In this document: piece by piece, positions 59,077 to 64,000 of the stretch
Position numbering within the stretch: the first letter of the stretch is position 1
Layout of the letters: each line of letters starts with the position of its first letter
From: a virus
DNA length: 64,000 bases
Strand: one strand, 5' to 3'
IMG/VR virus record: IMGVR_UViG_3300006928_000001
Location: 32,001 to 96,000 of that record
The notes under the pieces: model-generated
Database searches by the model: none
Told to the model about the DNA's origin: nothing
The model's input: only the letters and a program-made list of their open reading frames with translations
Made by a program: the position numbers and the translations under genes

Positions 59077-59322
59077 GTGAAACGGGGTTATACGGTGGTT
59101 CTGGAACCAAACAAATACCCAAAACATGCTAAAGCGGTTGAAAAGCTGCGAGCTGACTCGGGTAGATGGAAAGAGACAGAAAAGACTGAACTCAAGAAGC
59201 CTGAGCCTGAGTCAGAGGCGGAACCCACCTCAGAGGTCCTCCTCCCGCATCAAGCTAGGGCGATCGAAGAGATTAGACGAAACCGAGAAAACTTCACTCA
59301 CTCTACGGAGACGACAAAATGA
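59077..59322 (+). CDS. small hypothetical head-associated protein
   Basis: Lies between capsid and decoration genes. Confidence 0.4.
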   Translation: MKRGYTVVLEPNKYPKHAKAVEKLRADSGRWKETEKTELKKPEPESEAEPTSEVLLPHQARAIEEIRRNRENFTHSTETTK

Positions 59323-60278
59323 GTCTCGATGTTTACAACGCGTCGATGGTTGCGGGTGGCGAAAGCAGCCTGTCCATGCCCCCGCTTGAGGTTCGCGGCC
59401 TGGAGGTTATCCCGGCTGTTGAGACCCTTTCCTCTCAGCTGACTGGTGATACCGACTCGGTTCTCACTATCGCATACAAGAAGGGCGCTGTCCGTATGTT
59501 CGGATACGTCAAGGAGTTTCAGCAGACTGAACTGACGCTGATCAGTACTTCTGGTGAAGCTCATATGACTGCTGGCCAGGCACAGTGGTACACCTTGTGT
59601 GCAGTTCAGCATCGTAATGCCGGAGCAATTTCTGTGATTGCTGTTGCCGGTACGATTGCTGCATTCGCTTCTGTCGCGAAGCTCACCTTTGCCGAGATTC
59701 TTGCAGCTCTCGGTAAGGGAGATGCTGACGCCAACGTGGTGATTCTTGGTGATGCGCGCTTCTACCGCAGTGCTGACACCGTGATGGAAGTTGCTGTTGA
59801 CGGTGATCGCCGAGGTTGGTTCGTCGATGAAGCTGATAAGACCATGTTGGGTGTTAAGACGACTGCTGATGTCTCGACTCTCAACGAGGTTTACGGCGGT
59901 TTCATGGACTTTCCGGTTGATCTGACCACTCTGTCCGGTGTTACCCCTGGTAACCTTGCAGTTGATGGTGCTGATCTGCCTAAGTGGCCGTTCGGTGGAA
60001 CCATTCAGGGTCTTGAGTACATTGGTACTGTTGACGGCGCTAACTCCGGTGCAGACATCACCCTCAAGGCGCAGATTGATGGTACCGCGGTGACCGATTC
60101 CGATCTGAATCTGACGCTGGCCAACACGGCTGTTCCGTCTACTGTTGACGGTAGTACTCCTAGTGCTAACGACAGTTGGGCCCCTGGTGATGGGTTTGAC
60201 ATTGAGGTTGACGCTGTTGATACGGCGTTCACTGCTGGTTCTGGAATCGTGCGCGTCCATCTTGGCCGCTACGAGTGA
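59319..60278 (+). CDS. structural protein (head decoration-like)
   Basis: Capsid-like codon bias; beta-rich C-terminal domain. Confidence 0.55.
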   Translation: MSLDVYNASMVAGGESSLSMPPLEVRGLEVIPAVETLSSQLTGDTDSVLTIAYKKGAVRMFGYVKEFQQTELTLISTSGEAHMTAGQAQWYTLCAVQHRNAGAISVIAVAGTIAAFASVAKLTFAEILAALGKGDADANVVILGDARFYRSADTVMEVAVDGDRRGWFVDEADKTMLGVKTTADVSTLNEVYGGFMDFPVDLTTLSGVTPGNLAVDGADLPKWPFGGTIQGLEYIGTVDGANSGADITLKAQIDGTAVTDSDLNLTLANTAVPSTVDGSTPSANDSWAPGDGFDIEVDAVDTAFTAGSGIVRVHLGRYE

Positions 60279-60304
60279 TCATCTCCGGCCGGTAGGAGGC
60301 CGGT

Positions 60305-61330
60305 ATGCGTCACGAAGTTCAGCAGCGGGATAAGATCCGCGTTTACATGCAGGTCATCTCGTCGGGGGCAGGCCAAACTGGTCTGTCCCCTGTCGCGCTT
60401 TTGAAGCGCGTTTCTGACGGACAATACTGGAGTGGGTCAGCTTGGCAAGCTTCTGCTACAACTTTCACGTTGGCAGAAGTTGATGCCACAGACCAACCAG
60501 GTTTGTACCTTAACGAAGTAAGTGCCGACTCAGACTTTTTTGACGCCCTACTCGGCGCAGAAGGGTATGAAGCCGTAGTTTCTGAAGCGACGACTCCTTT
60601 GGAGGAGCACGTTCGTATCGAGGTGATACCTGAGGTGCGAGCTGGTGCTGTGTTGGCATTTGACGTAGATGTTGACGTAGTTTCTCAAACTGAAGCGGTC
60701 ATGGTGAGTGAAACTCGTCGGATTCCACTAACACTTGTCACTTCGCCTCCCCAGTACGGGCATGCTGGCGCGTTCGACTTGGCACACGCTCTACTAACTG
60801 TTTCCGGCACTACTGATGATCTCATCGCTGATGCCGTGGCAGTTAGCGAGTTTGTCGAGTCTGGAGCCCCTGTTGCTACTACTGCTGCTGCTGTTAGTAG
60901 TACACCAGCATTTTCGGCTGGTGGAGGCCCTAATTCAGAAGATGTCTATGACATCACAGTTGATGACTCCGGTGTGTTTTCTGTAGGCCAATTTGTGCGT
61001 GCGGTAGATAAGGATGCTGGTGAAGGTCTCATCCATGAGATTCTTGAACTACCGGACGGAACCTCCATTCTGGTTCATGCTATTTCTGGCAAGATCGATA
61101 TTGTAGACGGCGATATACTTGAGCGCGTCATCCCTACGGGGGTGTACACTGGGTACATTGATATTCCAATTAGCGATTATCTATCGTTTACCAATAGTAC
61201 TGGTACACTCATTATGGTAGGAGAACCTGTAATCACCGGTGATGGGCCGGTGTTTAGCACCGACTTCAAGGTGACTTGGATTCGTGAGCTGCGGGTTGAT
61301 CCGACAGGGAGTGGATTCCGTGCAGGCTGA
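60305..61330 (+). CDS. virion structural protein
   Basis: AGGAGG SD; YWSGSAW...LAEVDATDQPGLY motif of Ig-like virion domains. Confidence 0.55.
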   Translation: MRHEVQQRDKIRVYMQVISSGAGQTGLSPVALLKRVSDGQYWSGSAWQASATTFTLAEVDATDQPGLYLNEVSADSDFFDALLGAEGYEAVVSEATTPLEEHVRIEVIPEVRAGAVLAFDVDVDVVSQTEAVMVSETRRIPLTLVTSPPQYGHAGAFDLAHALLTVSGTTDDLIADAVAVSEFVESGAPVATTAAAVSSTPAFSAGGGPNSEDVYDITVDDSGVFSVGQFVRAVDKDAGEGLIHEILELPDGTSILVHAISGKIDIVDGDILERVIPTGVYTGYIDIPISDYLSFTNSTGTLIMVGEPVITGDGPVFSTDFKVTWIRELRVDPTGSGFRAG

Positions 61331-62639
61331 TGTAGTTGCTACTAGGCAAGAAGCATTCGACCTTACGTATGCGACTAGTCCCGCTCGTACTGGTTCTACG
61401 GTACAGATTGAAACCATTTACGGTATTGATGGTGTAGATACTGGTGTAGACAGTAGCGGCGACGATTTGGTATTCCCTTTGTCTATGACTGAGGGCGGAA
61501 CTGGTGTCTATTCCGTTGAAGTTAGGTTGGATAGCTCTGGACCGTATTGGGTTCGTATCAGCATCGATGGTACTGTTGAAGACGTTCTGTTGGTTAGAGT
61601 TCATGCCAATGACGTTGCCGATGACGCTCAAGTAGATGTAGCAACGACTATTGGACTAGTGGCGTCGACATCTCCAACATCTGTACAGCTCACCATTACC
61701 GATTCGGCCGGGTCAGGTGCCGGTGCTGATGATAATGGAGACGATATTTCTTGGCCTGAAGCTATGATTCAGGTTCCAGGATACACCGATAGTTGGTACT
61801 ACGAAGATGTAACCTTCTCTGAAGGCGGCACATACCAGGTAGTTATCGCCCCTACTCCTGGGTCGATTCGTACTGATGCTTTTACGGTATATGAATCTCC
61901 AGCTTCAGTCGCACTGGCACACTATAACGGCTGGGAGCCTACTACACTTCTTGAGTCTAACCAGTGGCTAACCCTATCGTATATTCGTCGTTGGACTGGA
62001 TGGGATGTTAATGCTATTGGGAATGAAAATCTGCGTGAACTTCGTAGAATGGCTATCGATACGTTCATCGGCGAAACTAACATTTGGGCTCCAGCATGGG
62101 TAGGCACCTGGTACGGTCTAAAGGGCCAAGGTTCTCGTCTAGATTTGCCAGTTTCTCTCCTTCTACCTAGTGATGGAGGTTCAGTACCAAGCGTAAGTTA
62201 TTACGAGCCGTACGGCGATCAAACGGTTGTTGATAACATCGATAACGGTGATCTCATTTGGCGTGTACGCGGAAGGCATATTAAGCAACCGTACATTGAG
62301 CGAGTGCACGGTAGCTGGTGGAACAGTGCGTACGATGTAAAAATCACTGGAACATTTGGTCTGGTTGACCACGATCGAAAGCTTCCTACAGACATTCGTC
62401 AAGCGGTCGTTGGTCTCATCAGATGGCATAGTTTGTCGTTTGGTGTAGATGCAGACGAGGCACGTGACCAAGCTACCTTGAACCGTATTGCCCGTGAATC
62501 TTCACGAGACATGGGCGTTATGTACTCAGAATCAGCAATTGGCCGAGGTATTACCGGTGACGTAACAGTTGATCGCATCATCAATAAATACAGAGTGTCT
62601 GCTGGCTCGTGGGTAAGGAAGTGCGGTGATGCGGGATAG
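61320..62639 (+). CDS. head-tail adaptor-like protein with N-terminal Ig-like domains
   Basis: C-terminal VKITGTFG...PTDIRQAV...TGDVTVDRIINKYR; GTG start at 61320 is in frame with the listed ORF. Confidence 0.55.
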   Translation: MQADVVATRQEAFDLTYATSPARTGSTVQIETIYGIDGVDTGVDSSGDDLVFPLSMTEGGTGVYSVEVRLDSSGPYWVRISIDGTVEDVLLVRVHANDVADDAQVDVATTIGLVASTSPTSVQLTITDSAGSGAGADDNGDDISWPEAMIQVPGYTDSWYYEDVTFSEGGTYQVVIAPTPGSIRTDAFTVYESPASVALAHYNGWEPTTLLESNQWLTLSYIRRWTGWDVNAIGNENLRELRRMAIDTFIGETNIWAPAWVGTWYGLKGQGSRLDLPVSLLLPSDGGSVPSVSYYEPYGDQTVVDNIDNGDLIWRVRGRHIKQPYIERVHGSWWNSAYDVKITGTFGLVDHDRKLPTDIRQAVVGLIRWHSLSFGVDADEARDQATLNRIARESSRDMGVMYSESAIGRGITGDVTVDRIINKYRVSAGSWVRKCGDAG

Positions 62640-63060
62640 AACACGACGACCGCAGATGATCACGATCCGACCGCTGGAAGAACCTACTACGGACGTGTTT
62701 GGTGACGTATCAATTATGTCTCAAACACACCGTGCAGCGTCCTTTCGGATGAAAGGACAAGTGACTCATACTGGTGGACTCTTGTTTGACGACGGTCGTC
62801 CTGGTCGAAGTATCTCATACGCCGCGACTGTGATGCTACGTAAACGAGATGTACCGGCAGCTGCTCCAGTTGATTGGTCACCAAGTTCTAACGATCTATT
62901 TGACCTAGCTGATGGCAGAAAATTGTTCGTTGTAGACGTCCAACCAGCGTACCCGAAAAAGATCTCTATCCGAAACCCAAATGGTGGTTTTGCCGGATGG
63001 CGCGTCACACTGAGTGACAGACAGCCTACCCTGTCGGCTGCGGATCAGTACGAATCATGA
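62626..63060 (+). CDS. putative head-closure/stopper protein
   Basis: Size, position, TDVFGD motif. Confidence 0.45.
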   Translation: MMRDRTRRPQMITIRPLEEPTTDVFGDVSIMSQTHRAASFRMKGQVTHTGGLLFDDGRPGRSISYAATVMLRKRDVPAAAPVDWSPSSNDLFDLADGRKLFVVDVQPAYPKKISIRNPNGGFAGWRVTLSDRQPTLSAADQYES

Positions 63061-63120
63061 GCCGTGGACTCATCGAAAGTCTCGGGGTACACTACAGGTC
63101 TGAAGCATGGTTGACGGTTA

Positions 63121-63906
63121 ATGGGTACCGAATTTGTCGACAGCGACATGCTGGGAATCATGGGCCAAGTGTCCAAACCTTCTCAGTCACGCCAGAGTAA
63201 GGCAGCAGCCAAGCTCGCGGGTGTTGGTGTATCGGCAGTTTCTGGTTCGAAGAATGACTTCATCATTCTGCAAAATCTCATTAGCCCGATTCAGAAGTTT
63301 TACGGTCAGTTGGCGGCACTCAGTAACCGTCTTCGAAACAAGCCACCTGAGGTTCAGAACAAAGTTGCGTACGCTATTGCTCAGGTGTATCGAAACCGAC
63401 TTCGTAGAGGTGTTGGCCAAAAGTTGAGCCCGTTGACTAAGGTCTTGACAGATGACCATAAACCTCTGTCTACGCTAGCTGACCATGTTGTCGTACGCCA
63501 GGCTCAAGGGTATCGTCCAGCAGTTGTTACGTTCGAAAATAGTGGTGGAAAGAGCTGGGCTCGTATTGCTTGGATGCTAGAAAATGGGTATTGGATTGAT
63601 GTTAAGGCACGACCTGACATCAAAGCCCGTCTTTTCTGGATTGCTCAACAGCGTGCAGGCACTACTGATCTTCTGCGTATTCTTGATGACCCAGGGAGCG
63701 GGCGTCAATACTGGGAGGTTCCACCACGACCACACCAGCATTTTCTACGTGATAAGAAGCTAGATGCTATTTTACGAGAATTTAGTATGTATGTCTTCTT
63801 CGGCCAACCGATGTCGCCACAGGCGACTTGGATGCTAAAGAACACCACACCTGCTAAGCGCACTCAGTTCAAGATTATCGAGAAGGAACAATTCGTTGAG
63901 CGTTGA
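63121..63906 (+). CDS. putative neck/tail-completion protein
   Basis: LSPLT, IAWMLENG, VPPRPH motifs seen in virion morphogenesis proteins. Confidence 0.45.
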   Translation: MGTEFVDSDMLGIMGQVSKPSQSRQSKAAAKLAGVGVSAVSGSKNDFIILQNLISPIQKFYGQLAALSNRLRNKPPEVQNKVAYAIAQVYRNRLRRGVGQKLSPLTKVLTDDHKPLSTLADHVVVRQAQGYRPAVVTFENSGGKSWARIAWMLENGYWIDVKARPDIKARLFWIAQQRAGTTDLLRILDDPGSGRQYWEVPPRPHQHFLRDKKLDAILREFSMYVFFGQPMSPQATWMLKNTTPAKRTQFKIIEKEQFVER

Positions 63907-64000
63907 TGTCATGGCCCTTGATGCACGCTATGCCACTGCTAGTGGCGATGTATACGTGCATCTCGGTATTGCCAGGCTAAACCTCAACAAGTCCGCTGAA

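Noticed and set aside
57536-60260. Long minus-strand ORFs (458 aa, 320 aa), and likewise 47416-48360
   Set aside because: Antisense shadows of the capsid, decoration and MTase genes
1-64000. Alternative genetic code, introns/inteins, DGR or integrase
   Set aside because: Genes are intact and tightly packed in code 11; no reverse transcriptase, intein or recombinase motifs were seen

Overview
This 64 kb window is from a large tailed dsDNA phage (Caudoviricetes-type). There are no host housekeeping genes, integrase, rRNA or CRISPR array. Two arms are transcribed divergently from a junction at about 44.7-45.0 kb, which may be the genome end or packaging start. The leftward arm (44.7 kb to 1) begins with about 50 small early genes. 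It continues with an embedded late-like operon: beta-helix virion protein, MBD4-like glycosylase, small-terminase-like protein, GAF/holin-like protein and a CheY-like receiver. It ends with replication and nucleotide genes (SNF2 helicase, SSB, Toprim primase-MCM helicase fusion, dimeric dUTPase, C5-methyltransferase-like enzyme, PD-(D/E)xK nuclease, AAA ATPase, class I methyltransferase, dNMP kinase) and a displaced portal gene. The rightward arm holds a second C5-MTase paralogue, NDT-like, Nudix and DenV-like genes, a lectin-like fibre, and the head module (XkdF-like protease, scaffold, major capsid, decoration and head-tail genes). The best candidate for a new system is the pair of paralogous cytosine-C5 MTase-fold enzymes. 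Both keep the catalytic PC, E and RxR residues but replace the motif X Asn with Arg or Lys and the motif IV Gln with Val or Ala. These are the positions known to switch cofactor use (e.g. to carboxy-SAM), and base-excision and nucleotide-sanitising genes accompany them. All family assignments are from motif recognition by eye; no database search was run.
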